Assembly: GCA_963812155.1 (NCBI GenBank)
Contig: CAWETW010000001.1
Span: forward strand, 192,001 to 256,000
From: Vulcanimicrobiota bacterium
GTDB lineage: Bacteria > Vulcanimicrobiota > Vulcanimicrobiia > Vulcanimicrobiales > Vulcanimicrobiaceae
DNA length: 64,000 nucleotides
Direction of reading: 5' to 3'
The notes under the pieces are model-generated. The model worked only from the letters and a program-made list of their open reading frames with translations. It was not told the origin of the DNA and did not search any database. Every line of letters starts with the position of its first letter. Within the stretch, counting starts at the first letter, position 1. Below, piece after piece: positions 9,979-20,853 of the stretch. The position numbers were made by a program, and so were the translations under genes.

Positions 9979-10534
9979 GCAGCCCAGCCCGAGCAATGAG
10001 TTCTTCGAGTACGCGGTCCGCGCCGATTTGCGGCGTCCGCAGTGCATCGGCGGCAATCGTCGCCGGCCACGCCGGCGGCAGCGGCGTCAACAGTTCGGCC
10101 GTGCGGCCGCTGTGAAAGCGGCGCAACTCGACGTCGATCGTGCCGATGACGACGGAAACCGGCGTACGCTGCAGATCCCATTCGATCGCAATGCCGCCCT
10201 CGATCGAATCGCACGTACGGACGCCGAGCGGGCGCCCGGGACCGGCCAGGGCATCGTGCAGGTGCGGCAAGGCTTCTTTCACCTCAGGGAAAACTGCCAG
10301 CGCAATGACCGGCGCGTCGAAGACTTCGATGCCCTCGAACGCCTCGAGACGCTGCTCGGACGGGAGTTCGAGCAGTCCGTACGTGCGCGCCGCGCGTTCG
10401 GAGACGCGCCACCGGCAATCGCCGCCACGCGCGCGAACGGCCGCGTCGACAGCCGCACGGCGCGCTTCTTCAAGCATCCCCTCGGCCTTTACGGTGTGGT
10501 ACGTCACCTTGCCGTCATCGTTAGGCGCGGGCAA
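9971..10534 (-). CDS. Hypothetical protein overlapping the cdaA start
   Basis: 187-aa ORF whose stop overlaps the cdaA ATG by 8 nt; start uncertain. Confidence 0.6.
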   Translation of the reverse strand: MPAPNDDGKVTYHTVKAEGMLEEARRAAVDAAVRARGGDCRWRVSERAARTYGLLELPSEQRLEAFEGIEVFDAPVIALAVFPEVKEALPHLHDALAGPGRPLGVRTCDSIEGGIAIEWDLQRTPVSVVIGTIDVELRRFHSGRTAELLTPLPPAWPATIAADALRTPQIGADRVLEELIARAGLHV

Positions 10535-10543
10535 CTCGCAATC

Positions 10544-11443
10544 TTGCGCCTAGAGCACGAACGCCGCGGCTTAGTCGTCGCAACCGGACGCAACTCGGCG
10601 TGGGTGGCAATCGACGGAGAGCCGCAGCCGCGCTTGGCGACGTTGCGCCGCATGACCGGAAAACGCTTTATGCCGGTTCCCGGCGATGCCGTCACGGTAC
10701 GTCCGCTGGCCGACGGGGAGGCCGTCGTCGAACGCATCGAGCCTCGTTCGTTCACGTTGGAACGCTTCACGGCACGGGGTCGTGCCAAGACGATGGCCGC
10801 CAACGTCGATACGATTGCGATCGTCACGTCGCTGTCCCATCCGCCGCCTCGTCTTCCGACCCTGGATCAACTGCTGGCGTTTTGCGAACTGCAAGGCGTC
10901 GACGCGATCGCGATCTTTACCAAGCCCGACCTCAGCGGCGCCGAGACCGCCGAGCGCCTTACCGGACTCTATCGATCGCTGGGTTACGAGGCGATCGTCG
11001 TCAATCCCAAAACCGGCGACGATCTCGAGGCGCTGCGCGGCGGATTGCACGGCCGCCGCGCACTGCTCGCCGGCAGCTCGGGCGTCGGGAAAAGCACCAT
11101 CTTCCGGGCACTCGGCGGGGAAGCGGTCGTCGGCGAAGTGTCGCGTTTCGGAATCGGCCGCCAAACGACGACCGCGGCGCGGCTCTACCGGATGAGCGAC
11201 GGGTTTCTTATCGACAGTCCCGGAATCGGCGCGTTCGGACTCGGGGCGATCGCCCCGGCCGAACTCGCGCGGGCGTTCCGCGAGTTGCGCGAGCCGTCGC
11301 TGCACTGCCGTTTCAGCGATTGCACGCACCGTTCCGAACCCGACTGCGCGGTGCGGAAGGCCGTGGATGCGGGAGGCATCGCGCCGAGCCGGTACGCATC
11401 GTACCTCAACATCGCTGAAGGAGCGCTTTCGGAGTCGCGGTAA
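10544..11443 (+). CDS. rsgA: Ribosome small subunit-dependent GTPase A
   Basis: 'VPGD', 'AANVD', 'TKPD', 'GSSGVGKST', 'DSPG', zinc finger 'CRFSDCTHRSEPDC'. Confidence 0.93.
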   Translation: MRLEHERRGLVVATGRNSAWVAIDGEPQPRLATLRRMTGKRFMPVPGDAVTVRPLADGEAVVERIEPRSFTLERFTARGRAKTMAANVDTIAIVTSLSHPPPRLPTLDQLLAFCELQGVDAIAIFTKPDLSGAETAERLTGLYRSLGYEAIVVNPKTGDDLEALRGGLHGRRALLAGSSGVGKSTIFRALGGEAVVGEVSRFGIGRQTTTAARLYRMSDGFLIDSPGIGAFGLGAIAPAELARAFRELREPSLHCRFSDCTHRSEPDCAVRKAVDAGGIAPSRYASYLNIAEGALSESR

Positions 11444-11455
11444 CTCAGCCGTCTC

Positions 11456-12199
11456 ATGGAAAACGTGCACGCGGAACGCTCCGCCGGCTGGTCGGTCCTC
11501 TGTTACGTCGCCGTCCTGATCGTTGCGACGTTCATCACCAGTCCGCTCGCGCCGCCGGCCAACGATCCGGCCCGTCTCGCGCTGCTGATCGACGCCAACC
11601 GCCACAACCTGCTGCTGGCTGCGTGGCTCAGCTTTCCGGCGTCAGCCTTCTTTTTGTGGTTCCTCGTCGGGTTGCGCGCGTATCTGCGGCGCGGAACCGG
11701 ACAGCCCGAGGGTCTCGGAACGCTGGCCTTAATTGCCGGCGTCGTCATGACGACCATGGCGATCCTCGCGGCGGCGCTCGAGAGCATGCTCGCCTACGTG
11801 CCGCCCGAGGTGTTTCAGGGAGGCGGATTCGCCGGCGTGTACTCCGCGTTTCTCTTCATCCAAGACGGCCTCGGCTACGCGCCCGCATCGATCTTCTTCT
11901 TTGCCGCCGCGCACAGCATGCGCCGCCATCACTCGGCGCCTCAGTGGCTGGCGTGGTTAGGCTATCTCGCCGGCGTGGGGACGGCCTTTGCGACGCTTTC
12001 GATCTTCTATAACGATCCGACGATGTCGCCGACCGGACCCGGCCCCGGCGTCCTGGGCGCGCTTCCGTCGGCCCTCTGGCTCATCGCGACCGGAATCGTC
12101 TTCGTCCGCCTCCGTCCCCCCGCGACGGACGCCGAGACGCCCCCCGCTACGGACGCCGAGACGGCCCCCGCTACGGAAGCCGCAACGCCGCCCGCCTGA
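11456..12199 (+). CDS. Multi-pass membrane protein (DUF4386-like)
   Basis: About six hydrophobic helices and a low-complexity tail. Confidence 0.7.
   Translation: MENVHAERSAGWSVLCYVAVLIVATFITSPLAPPANDPARLALLIDANRHNLLLAAWLSFPASAFFLWFLVGLRAYLRRGTGQPEGLGTLALIAGVVMTTMAILAAALESMLAYVPPEVFQGGGFAGVYSAFLFIQDGLGYAPASIFFFAAAHSMRRHHSAPQWLAWLGYLAGVGTAFATLSIFYNDPTMSPTGPGPGVLGALPSALWLIATGIVFVRLRPPATDAETPPATDAETAPATEAATPPA
12116..12187 (+). repeat. 24-bp tandem repeat x3 (PPATDAET-type)
   Basis: CCCCCCGCGACGGACGCCGAGACG-like unit repeated three times. Confidence 0.85.
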
Positions 12200-12284
12200 G
12201 CGCCGCCGGCGCTTGCTGGACACGCCGCGGAGCGGCTGGTATACTTCTGGCCGTTGCCCGCCGCCCGACGAAAGCGAGAATCGA

Positions 12285-12581
12285 TTGCCCAATATCAAAG
12301 CCGCCGAAAAGTGGTCGCGCCAAACCGCCAAACGCACGACGCGGAACAAGGACGCCGCCTCACGCCTCAAGACACTGTATAAGAAGGCGGCGGCCTCGGC
12401 GGATACCGCGACGGCACCGGCCGTCGAGAGCGCGTTCGACAAGGCTGCCAACAAGGGCGTGATTCACCCGAACAAGGCGGCGCGTAAGAAGTCCCGTCTG
12501 GCGAAGGCAATCCTCCGGGCTGCCGATCCCGTGAAGAAGCCGGCGAAAACGCGCGGAAGCAAAGCCAAGAAGAAGTCGTAG
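12285..12581 (+). CDS. rpsT: 30S ribosomal protein S20
   Basis: TTG start 'MPNIKAAEK', 'DKAANKGVIHPNKAARKKSRL'. Confidence 0.95.
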   Translation: MPNIKAAEKWSRQTAKRTTRNKDAASRLKTLYKKAAASADTATAPAVESAFDKAANKGVIHPNKAARKKSRLAKAILRAADPVKKPAKTRGSKAKKKS

Positions 12582-12584
12582 TCC

Positions 12585-14978
12585 TCAGGGATCGACGTTC
12601 ACCACCAAGCGCGTGCGGTGGTCGGCGCGAGCCGCCGGCAGGACGCGCGCGCGAATGGCCGCCCGCAGCAATGCGGGCTTCCGCGTTTTTATGGCCAGCC
12701 GGTATCGCCATTCGCCGTTGAGCCGCGCGATCGGATAGGGCGCCGGCCCCAGCACTTCGGAGAACGCCACGTCCTCGAGCAGCCGGCCATACGCGCCGGC
12801 AGCGCGCAACGCGTCCTCGCGGCCGCGCGCGATCACCCCGAGATAGACCAGCCGCCGCGACGGCGGATATCCGAGCGACGCGCGTTCGCGCAGTTCGCGC
12901 GCGGCGAATCCCGCGTAATCGTGGTGCGCCGCTGCGACGACGGCCGGATGGTCGGGCGCATACGTCTGAAGAAACGCTTCGCCTTCACGCGCGCGTCCGC
13001 TGCGGCCGCAGGCTTGAGCGATCAGCGCGAAGCTGCGTTCCGCGGCGCGAAAGTCGGGCGCGTGCAGCCCGATATCCGCGGCGACGACCGCCGCCAGCGT
13101 GACAGTCGGGAAATCGAGGCCTTTGGCGACCATTTGCGTTCCGACCAGCACGTCGCCGTCGCCTTCGAATGCATCCAAAATGCGGGCGTGATCGCCGACG
13201 CGCGTCGTCGAGTCGGAATCCATGCGCATGACGCGCGCTTGCGGAAAGAGCCTGCGCACTTCTTCCACGACCGCTTCGGTGCCGATTCCGAACTCTCTCA
13301 CCGCGTCGCTCCCGCACGCCGAACAGCGCAACGGCAGCGGCGCTTGATGGTCGCAATAGTGACAGCGAAGCAGCCGCTCGCGCCGGTGAACCGCCAGCGA
13401 AATGCTGCAACGCGGACACGGCGGGACGAAGCCGCACGACCGGCAGAGCACAAACGCCGCACTCCCGCGGCGGTTGAGAAACAGCACGCTCTTTTCGCCG
13501 CGTTCCAACCGCATCGCGATCGCTTGCACCAGCGCGCCGCCGAAGATGCGCCGGTTACCGCCGGCAAATTCCTGCGCGAGATCGAGCACGCGCACGGCCG
13601 GCAGCGGAAGATTCGTCGCCCGCTTGCGCATTTCGATCAAGCCGATTTTTCCGGCTTTCGCCGCGGCGTAACTCTCCAACGACGGCGTCGCGCTGCCCAA
13701 CAGCAGCACGCCGCCGCCGTGACGCATGCGCTCGCGCGCCACCGCCACCGCCTGATAGCGCGGAACCGAATCCTGTTTGTAGGCTCCGTCGTGCGATTCG
13801 TCGACGACGAGCAGCCGAACGTTTTTCAGCGGCGCGAAAACCGCGCTGCGGGCCCCGACGATCGCGTCGATCTCGCCCCGCCGGCAGGCTTGCCACGCGT
13901 CGAATCGTTCGCGTTCCGAGAGCGCCGAGTGAAGCACGGCGACCCGCCGCCCGAAGGCCGCTTCAAACCTGCGCGCCGTTTGGGGCGTCAGCGAAATCTC
14001 CGGAACCAACACGATTGCACTGCCGCCGGCGGCCACGACGCTGCGGATCGCCTCCAAATAAACGAACGTCTTTCCGCTGCCGGTGACGCCGTAGAGCAGC
14101 ATCTCGTCGAATTCACGGCGCTCGAGGGAGGCCGTAATCCGTTGCAGCGCGGCGGCCTGTTCCGGCGTCGGCGTCACGCTCTGCGTCTCGAGGAGCCGGC
14201 GTTCCTCGGGCGCGAGCGCCGGAACGACCTCGCGCTCGATCAGTGCCCCGGCCGCGAGGGCGCGGGCGATGACGGCGTTTGAAAATCCCGCCAGCAATGC
14301 GTCGGCGCGCGGAACGCCGCCGCGCGCACCGACGAACGCAAGCAGCGCCTCGGCCTTTTTTCCCTTGACCCGCTCCTCACCGCGCTCGAGGACCTTCACG
14401 CGGTATTCGCGCGTGCGCGGATCGATCAAGCGGCGCTCGCGCCGGAGCACTCCTGCGCGCACCAGTGCCTGCACGTGGCGCAGCAGCGTTGCGCGGTCGC
14501 CGATGCGCCGCGCTTCGGGATGGCGCAGCAGGCGATCCGCTTCGAACAGTTCGCCAAACTCCATCCAGATCAAACGCACGAATCGCTGCGACACCGACGG
14601 AAACCGTTCCGCCGGCGGACGTTCCCCGACGCGTGCCAGCAAATCGCGCACGCGCGGGACCGAACCGGCCAGCACCACCGCCGATAACGCTTCGCCAAGC
14701 GTGCAGATGTAGCGTTCCGCCACGAATCGCGCGAGATGCAAGCCCGTTTCATCGAAGGCGGGCGCTACGTCGAGGCGTGTGCGCAACGGCCTGAGCGCAC
14801 GCTCGTCTTCCCCCGCTGCGCGCACGGGCGAAATGACGAACGCAACGACGTCGCGTCCGCCCAGCGGCGCGTGCACCACGTCGCCGACGGCGAGTTCGAG
14901 ATCGCCCGCGTCGTAGGTCAGCGGCAGGTCGAAGCGCGACGAACGAATCGCCGGCAGCACGTCGACGACGCGCGCTAT
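12585..14978 (-). CDS. priA: Primosomal protein N' (start uncertain: ATA 14978 or GTG 14960)
   Basis: 'LYGVTGSGKT', 'LVPEISLTPQ', 'VDESH', 'SATPS', four CxxC motifs, 'GTQMVAKGLDFP'. Confidence 0.95.
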   Translation of the reverse strand: MARVVDVLPAIRSSRFDLPLTYDAGDLELAVGDVVHAPLGGRDVVAFVISPVRAAGEDERALRPLRTRLDVAPAFDETGLHLARFVAERYICTLGEALSAVVLAGSVPRVRDLLARVGERPPAERFPSVSQRFVRLIWMEFGELFEADRLLRHPEARRIGDRATLLRHVQALVRAGVLRRERRLIDPRTREYRVKVLERGEERVKGKKAEALLAFVGARGGVPRADALLAGFSNAVIARALAAGALIEREVVPALAPEERRLLETQSVTPTPEQAAALQRITASLERREFDEMLLYGVTGSGKTFVYLEAIRSVVAAGGSAIVLVPEISLTPQTARRFEAAFGRRVAVLHSALSERERFDAWQACRRGEIDAIVGARSAVFAPLKNVRLLVVDESHDGAYKQDSVPRYQAVAVARERMRHGGGVLLLGSATPSLESYAAAKAGKIGLIEMRKRATNLPLPAVRVLDLAQEFAGGNRRIFGGALVQAIAMRLERGEKSVLFLNRRGSAAFVLCRSCGFVPPCPRCSISLAVHRRERLLRCHYCDHQAPLPLRCSACGSDAVREFGIGTEAVVEEVRRLFPQARVMRMDSDSTTRVGDHARILDAFEGDGDVLVGTQMVAKGLDFPTVTLAAVVAADIGLHAPDFRAAERSFALIAQACGRSGRAREGEAFLQTYAPDHPAVVAAAHHDYAGFAARELRERASLGYPPSRRLVYLGVIARGREDALRAAGAYGRLLEDVAFSEVLGPAPYPIARLNGEWRYRLAIKTRKPALLRAAIRARVLPAARADHRTRLVVNVDP

Positions 14979-16075
14979 CGCCGCACCGCCTGCGGCGTCC
15001 GCGCGAGCTGCGCCAGCACCCAGCGCACCGCGCGGTCGTCGCACGCCACCCCGTACTCCACGTCGCCGATCGCACGCGGCAGGACGAAACGGAAGCGTCC
15101 GCCGCGACGCTTCTTGTCGGCCCGCATCGCATCGAATATCGCGCCCGGATCGAGCGTGGTTTGCACCGGAAGCTGCAGCAGCGCCAGCAGCGCGAGCACG
15201 CGAAAATGTTCGCGCTCGCTGAACCGCCCCAATCGCAGCGCGAGCAAGCCCGCTGCGCGCAGTCCCAGCGCCACAGCGGCCCCGTGGCGCACGCGATACG
15301 CCGATGCTCGTTCTATCGCATGCGCGAACGTGTGCCCGAGATTGAGGAGTTCGCGCATGCCGGCTTCCTCGCGGTCGTCGGCGACGATGGCGGTCTTGAC
15401 TTTGACGGCAGACGAGACTATCGCCGTCCAGGGCCAGCGTTGCAGCGGATGCGGAGAGAGCGTCTCGAGCGCGTCGAAAAGGTCGTCGCCTTCGACGACC
15501 GCCGCCTTGACGATCTCGGCCAAACCGTCGCGTAACCCTCGCGGCGGCAACGTTTCCAGCGCGGTCACGTCGCAAAACACCGCGACCGGATCGGCAAACA
15601 CGCCGGCGAGGTTTTTCCCCGCAGCGAGGTTGACGCCGGTCTTGCCGCCGATCGCCGCATCCACCATGGCCACCAGCGACGTCGCAACGTGCGCGTACGC
15701 CACGCCGCGCATGTAGGTGGCGGCCGCAAAGCCGAACACGTCGCTGGCGATGCCGCCGCCGACGCCGAGCACGAGGGTGTCGCGTCCGGCGCCGGCCGCC
15801 AGCATGCGCTCGTGCACGCGCTCGATCGTCGCGAGACGTTTGCGTTGCTCGCCGAGCCCAACGGCGATGACGGGCGCGCTGCGGCCGCGCACCATCTGTT
15901 CGGCGATCCGCTCGACCTTCTTGTGCGCGTCGCAGAGCACGACCAGCGGCGCGCCCCGTTCCCGAACGAAACGCGCGATTTCCGGGCGCAATCGATCGCC
16001 GATCGTCACCGGATAGCCGAGATCGTCGTTGACGACGAGGCTCAGGGAATCGCGATTTTTTTCTTGTGCAGCCAC
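14975..16075 (-). CDS. aroB: 3-dehydroquinate synthase
   Basis: '[11 protein letters not shown]', '[12 protein letters not shown]', '[12 protein letters not shown]', 'HGAAVALG'. Confidence 0.95.
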   Translation of the reverse strand: MAAQEKNRDSLSLVVNDDLGYPVTIGDRLRPEIARFVRERGAPLVVLCDAHKKVERIAEQMVRGRSAPVIAVGLGEQRKRLATIERVHERMLAAGAGRDTLVLGVGGGIASDVFGFAAATYMRGVAYAHVATSLVAMVDAAIGGKTGVNLAAGKNLAGVFADPVAVFCDVTALETLPPRGLRDGLAEIVKAAVVEGDDLFDALETLSPHPLQRWPWTAIVSSAVKVKTAIVADDREEAGMRELLNLGHTFAHAIERASAYRVRHGAAVALGLRAAGLLALRLGRFSEREHFRVLALLALLQLPVQTTLDPGAIFDAMRADKKRRGGRFRFVLPRAIGDVEYGVACDDRAVRWVLAQLARTPQAVRR

Positions 16076-16569
16076 GCGATGATGTCGTCGACGGTTTGCG
16101 CGGTCGTGAGGTGGTCCGCCTCGACGACGTGATCGGCGTGCGCGTACTGCGGCATGCGCTTGGCGTAGAGTTCCTGGATCCGCGCGAGCGACGGGGTCGG
16201 ACCGAGCAGCGGCCGCACGCGCCGGCTGTGCCGCATACGCTCGAGCGCCTGCTCGGGCGTGATCTTGATGAAGACGCGATACGCGCGCTTCTTCAACAGC
16301 CGTTGATTCTCGTCGCTGCTCAGCGCGCCGCCGCCGAGCGCCACGACGCCGGGCTCGCCTTCGTCGAGCACGTGTTCGAGCGCGGCCGCCTCGTAGCGCC
16401 GGAACGCCGCCTCCCCTTCGTCGTAAAAGATGTCGGAGACGGCGCCGTGTTCGCGCACGACGAGATCGTCGACGTCGAAGAACGCACGTTTGAGACGGCG
16501 CGCGAGCCGCTTACCGATCGTCGATTTCCCGGCGGCCATGAAGCCGACGAGCGCAACGTGACGTTTCAT
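16042..16569 (-). CDS. aroK: Shikimate kinase
   Basis: '[15 protein letters not shown]', 'GEAAFR', 'VALGGG', 'RPLL'. Confidence 0.95.
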   Translation of the reverse strand: MKRHVALVGFMAAGKSTIGKRLARRLKRAFFDVDDLVVREHGAVSDIFYDEGEAAFRRYEAAALEHVLDEGEPGVVALGGGALSSDENQRLLKKRAYRVFIKITPEQALERMRHSRRVRPLLGPTPSLARIQELYAKRMPQYAHADHVVEADHLTTAQTVDDIIAWLHKKKIAIP

Positions 16570-17730
16570 ACGCTTTCTTCTCCAAAGAGCGCCGCCGCGG
16601 CGGCGCGGCTGCGACGCAGATTGTCGAGCGTCTCTTCCATCGAGTCGCCGCCGTACTTCTCGAGCACCGGAGCGGTCAGCGCCAGACGGACCATCGCTTC
16701 GCCGACGATCGCTGCCGCCGGAACGACGCAGACGTCGCTGCGGACGACGGTCGCCGGCGCGCCGGACATCGCGTGCAGGTTCACCGACGGCAGCGCCTTG
16801 GCAAGCGTCGGAATCGGTTTGACGGCGACGCGTACGATCAGCGGCTGCCCGTTGCTCATGCCGCCCTCGATGCCGCCCGCGCGATTGCTCGCACGCACGA
16901 CGGATTCGCCGTCGAGCGCAAACGTGTCGTGCGCCTGCGATCCCGGTTTGGACGCGACCTCGCCGCCGAGGCCGATCTCGACGGACTTTACCGTCTGCAT
17001 CCCCATCACGGCGCCGGCCAGGATGCCGTCGAGCCGCTGTTGCGGCTGGCGGTTGCTGCCGATTCCGGCCGGCAAGCCGTCGACGCGCACCACGAATCGG
17101 CCGCCGAGCGTGTCGCCGCCGCTCTTGGCGGCATCGATCGCCGCAATCATCCGTTCGCTCACGCGTGCATCCGGATTGCGCACGTCGCTGCGTTCGACGT
17201 CGTCCTGCTTCCAGTCGTCGAACTCCGGCGATTCGACATCGCCGATTTGGCTCACGTAACTGCGCGTCGCGATCCCGAGCGCGCCGAGAAACTGCGCGCA
17301 GATCGCGCGCGAGGCAGACGCGCATCGCCGTTTCGCGCGCGCTCGCGCGCTCGAGCACGTTGCGCAGATCGCGATGGCGGTATTTCAACGCGCCCGCATA
17401 GTCGGCGTGGCCGGGACGCGGATTGGTGAGCGGCGCACCCGAGCCGGTCAGGGGATCCATCAACGCGCGCACCGACGGCGTGTCGTAATCGCGATTGCGC
17501 ACGAGCACGGCGATCGGCGATCCGAGCGTTTCGCCGCCGCGCACGCCGGCGAGAAACTCGACGGCATCGCTTTCGATCTTCATGCGCGCGCCGCGTCCGT
17601 AACCGCCTTGCCGGCGCGCAAGCACGTCGTTGATCGCCGCGACGTCGAGCGCGAGATGCGCGGGAATGCCGTCGACGATGCCGACGAGCGCGGGGCCGTG
17701 CGATTCGCCGGCTGTGAGGTAGGAGAACAT
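16566..17730 (-). CDS. aroC: Chorismate synthase (apparent +1 frameshift near 17308)
   Basis: 'TAGESHGP', 'RPGHAD', 'ERASARET', then in a second frame 'GDTLGG', '[10 protein letters not shown]', 'KPIPT', 'RSDVC'. Confidence 0.93.
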
Positions 17731-17937
17731 CGGACGCCAGCCTTTCGGCGGCAGGCGGTCGCGCCACCCCTCAATGGCGTTGTCCGAGCCGCCACGCAGC
17801 GCAAGCGGGTGCACGGCCAGGAGTTCGCTCCGAGACTCATCAACCATCGATTTCGGTCACCAAGCGTCGAAATTGGTGATTCCACGGCGCGATCTTGCGT
17901 TTCTATGGTGTCGTCGGCTTTTTGATGTGGAGGAACC

Positions 17938-18975
17938 GTGCATTCTCGATTTTTCGCAGCTTTTGCAGCCTGTGCGCTCGTCGCGCTGGGCGGGTGTTCG
18001 GGGTCGGCTCCCAATCTATCGCCCTCGACGTCGTCAACCGGCCCGAAGGGCACGGTCGACCCCGACGTGTACGTCGCCAACGGCCACGGCAACAACGTGA
18101 CCGTCTACGGCCCAACCGACGATGCCCCGAAACGCACGATAACCGACGGCATCGATTTCCCCGTCCGGCTCGCGTTCGATAGCGCCGGCAACCTCTACAT
18201 CGCCAACGAACACGGCGATACGGTCACCGTCTACGCGCCCGGCAGCAGCACCGTCCTACGCACGATTTCGCAGGGCGTCAAGGCTCCGGACGCGCTGGCG
18301 TTCGACCCTGCTGGAAACCTCTACGTGGGCAACACCGGCTGCGAGGAAGTGACGTGCAAGCCTCGGGTGTTCGCCAGCATCACCGCATACGCCGCCGGAA
18401 CGTCGAACCTCGTCCGAACGATCACCGAACAAGTGACTAACCCATACGCGCTGGCGTTTGACGCGTCGGGCAATCTGTACGATGCGAACTACTTCCACAC
18501 CGGAAGCGTCACCGTCTACGCTCCGGGCAACGACCAGCCGGTGCGCCTCGTGAAGGACGGGATTAATTATCCGCAGTCGCTCGTGCTCGACAGCGCCACG
18601 AACTTGTACGTCGGAAATACGAACGGCACCATCACGGTGTACGCTAACGGCGGCGAAACACTCCTGAGAACCATCACGCAAGGCGTGAATGAGCCGAAGG
18701 CGATGGCGCTCGACAGCTCCGAGAATCTCTACTCGGCGAACTTTGGATTGCGTACCGTTACGGTCTACGCTCCGGGCCACTCCGACGTGCTCCGGACGAT
18801 TTCCGACGGCGTTCGCCTCCCTATTTCGATGGCAATCAACAATGCCGGAGACCTCTACGTGGGTAACGCCTGGTCGGAGGACACGATCACCGCCTATGCG
18901 GCGGGCACCAACACTCTCAAGCGAACCATCCACCAAGGCATCAAGTTTCCGATTTCCTTAGCCTTTGGTCCTTAA
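17938..18975 (+). CDS. NHL-repeat beta-propeller lipoprotein
   Basis: GGAGG RBS, lipobox 'LGGC', about seven repeats of 'RTI..GV..P.ALAFD..GNLYV.N...VTVYAPG'. Confidence 0.88.
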   Translation: MHSRFFAAFAACALVALGGCSGSAPNLSPSTSSTGPKGTVDPDVYVANGHGNNVTVYGPTDDAPKRTITDGIDFPVRLAFDSAGNLYIANEHGDTVTVYAPGSSTVLRTISQGVKAPDALAFDPAGNLYVGNTGCEEVTCKPRVFASITAYAAGTSNLVRTITEQVTNPYALAFDASGNLYDANYFHTGSVTVYAPGNDQPVRLVKDGINYPQSLVLDSATNLYVGNTNGTITVYANGGETLLRTITQGVNEPKAMALDSSENLYSANFGLRTVTVYAPGHSDVLRTISDGVRLPISMAINNAGDLYVGNAWSEDTITAYAAGTNTLKRTIHQGIKFPISLAFGP

Positions 18976-19006
18976 GCGCCCATCGGCGACCCCAAGCGAA
19001 CTCCAG

Positions 19007-20371
19007 CTACCGGTGCGGCACCGGTCCGCCCGGATAAATGACGTGCGGCGTGATGAGAAAAACGATCTCGTCGCGTTCGTGCGCCATCTGTTTATTTTGA
19101 AAGAGCTTTCCCAATACGGGAATGTCGGCGAGCCCGGGGATTTTGGAAATCGTTTGACTGCTCGTATCCCGCATGAGACCGCCTAACACGATTGTCTCGT
19201 TATCGCTAACTCGAAGCGTGGAATCGATCTTGCGATTAGCGACGATCGGATATCCGGTCGGCGTGAAACCAACCAGTTCGCTGTACTCGGGGTGAAGCTC
19301 GGCGGTAACCGTTCCGTCGGTGCCGATGGTGGGCGTCAAACGGAGATGCACGCCGATGTCGACGTACTGCACGTTTTGTCCGCCGAAGACCGACGTGCTG
19401 TAGACGATCGGATACGTCTCGCCGATCGTTAAATCGGCTTCCTTATTGTTGACGGTAACGAGCTTCGGCGTCGCGAGAATCTGCGCCCGTCCTTTGCTCA
19501 CCATCGCATTGAGCGTGACGTAAACCGGGATCGTCCCGCCGACGAAGTTATACGCGACGGCACCAGGCAACGGATTCCCCTGGAGGTCGACGCCGCCGAA
19601 CTCGAGACCGAAGTTACTCGCGTCGTTGATGGGCGTCACGTCGGCAACCTTCACCTCGAAGAGCACCTGTGCGCTCGGCCGGTCGATGCCGGACAGTAAA
19701 TTGCGCGTTGCGGCCTGGACGCGCTCGCCGCCCGTTGCCAGCACGGCATTGAGTTCCTCATCGGCGAGAAACGAGCCGTCCGCGATCGCGCTCTTTAACT
19801 TCGGGACGGCATCGTCGGCGCGCAGGAAGCGCAGCCGGTAAGCCTGCGTCGCCGATTCGGCATCGATGCCCGCCGACGCCTGAGAATCGAGCGCCGCAAC
19901 CAGACGCCGCGCACGCGTAAGCGTTTCCTCATCACCCGCAACCATCACGCTGGCGCTGCGCTTGTCGGCATCGATGACCGTCCCCGCCGGAAGTACGTCG
20001 GTGAGCTCCTTTGCAACGTCCTCGGGCTGCGCGTGTCGTAAAGAGAAGACGACGCCTGCCGCACGGCGGTTCATCGCTTCTGCCGTGCCCACGACCAAAA
20101 TGCCGCCCTCGGACCGAACCTGCAAGGAGTGAGCCGACGCGATGACGCGCAGCGCTTCATCGAACGTTACCCCGTGGAGATGGAGGGTTATGCGCTCCGG
20201 TTTGACGGATCCATCGGTCACTACGTTGACGCCGGCCTCTGCAGCGAGCATGGCAATGACGTCGCTGATGTCCACGTCGCGCACGTCGATCGTGATTGAA
20301 TCCGTGGCCCCTCGCGCCGGTGCCACCGCCATGACGGCACAGAGACACATGGCTAGCGCCGCGCGCTTCAC
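19007..20371 (-). CDS. Secretin (PilQ/GspD family)
   Basis: Signal peptide, N-domains, 'ATPKLVTVNNKEA', 'TIVLGGL', 'KIPGLADIPVLGKLF', 'FLITPH'. Confidence 0.92.
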   Translation of the reverse strand: MKRAALAMCLCAVMAVAPARGATDSITIDVRDVDISDVIAMLAAEAGVNVVTDGSVKPERITLHLHGVTFDEALRVIASAHSLQVRSEGGILVVGTAEAMNRRAAGVVFSLRHAQPEDVAKELTDVLPAGTVIDADKRSASVMVAGDEETLTRARRLVAALDSQASAGIDAESATQAYRLRFLRADDAVPKLKSAIADGSFLADEELNAVLATGGERVQAATRNLLSGIDRPSAQVLFEVKVADVTPINDASNFGLEFGGVDLQGNPLPGAVAYNFVGGTIPVYVTLNAMVSKGRAQILATPKLVTVNNKEADLTIGETYPIVYSTSVFGGQNVQYVDIGVHLRLTPTIGTDGTVTAELHPEYSELVGFTPTGYPIVANRKIDSTLRVSDNETIVLGGLMRDTSSQTISKIPGLADIPVLGKLFQNKQMAHERDEIVFLITPHVIYPGGPVPHR

Positions 20372-20853
20372 GGATGCCTCACCGGAAAGCGCAACGTCTC
20401 CCCGTCTTCCAGCGCCACGCCGTTTGCGTCGATTGACACTACGGAGGAGCCGAGCAACGGCGAACCTACGCGCACGGACTCGACGCGTCCGCCCATCTCA
20501 ACCAATGCGGCGGGGTGCGCACCGAGCAGTACGCCGCGCACGACCGCGCCGGCGGCCGGTCCCATTTGCGACGCGCCGGCATTCGGTGGCAAGACGATGC
20601 CGGCAACGGCCTGTTCCAAACCGCCGGCAACGGGCACGTCCTCGCTGGAGACGAACGGGTCGCGTCGTATCCGGGGCGTTGGATAACGAAGCCGTCCCGG
20701 CAAACCTAGTTCGGCACGAGGCGTCGCCAAGGATTCGTCCACCGGTCCCGCGAGATTTGCCACGGGCAATGCGCAGAGCACCAGCAGCAACGCGCCGAGG
20801 AAAAGGGAGGGTGCGATCGACGTTCCGCGGCTAATGCCGCCCGAATATTTCAT
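20368..20853 (-). CDS. PilP-like pilus protein
   Basis: N-terminal TM, 'RRDPF' motif, beta-rich C-terminus; lies between pilO-like and secretin genes. Confidence 0.6.
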   Translation of the reverse strand: MKYSGGISRGTSIAPSLFLGALLLVLCALPVANLAGPVDESLATPRAELGLPGRLRYPTPRIRRDPFVSSEDVPVAGGLEQAVAGIVLPPNAGASQMGPAAGAVVRGVLLGAHPAALVEMGGRVESVRVGSPLLGSSVVSIDANGVALEDGETLRFPVRHP

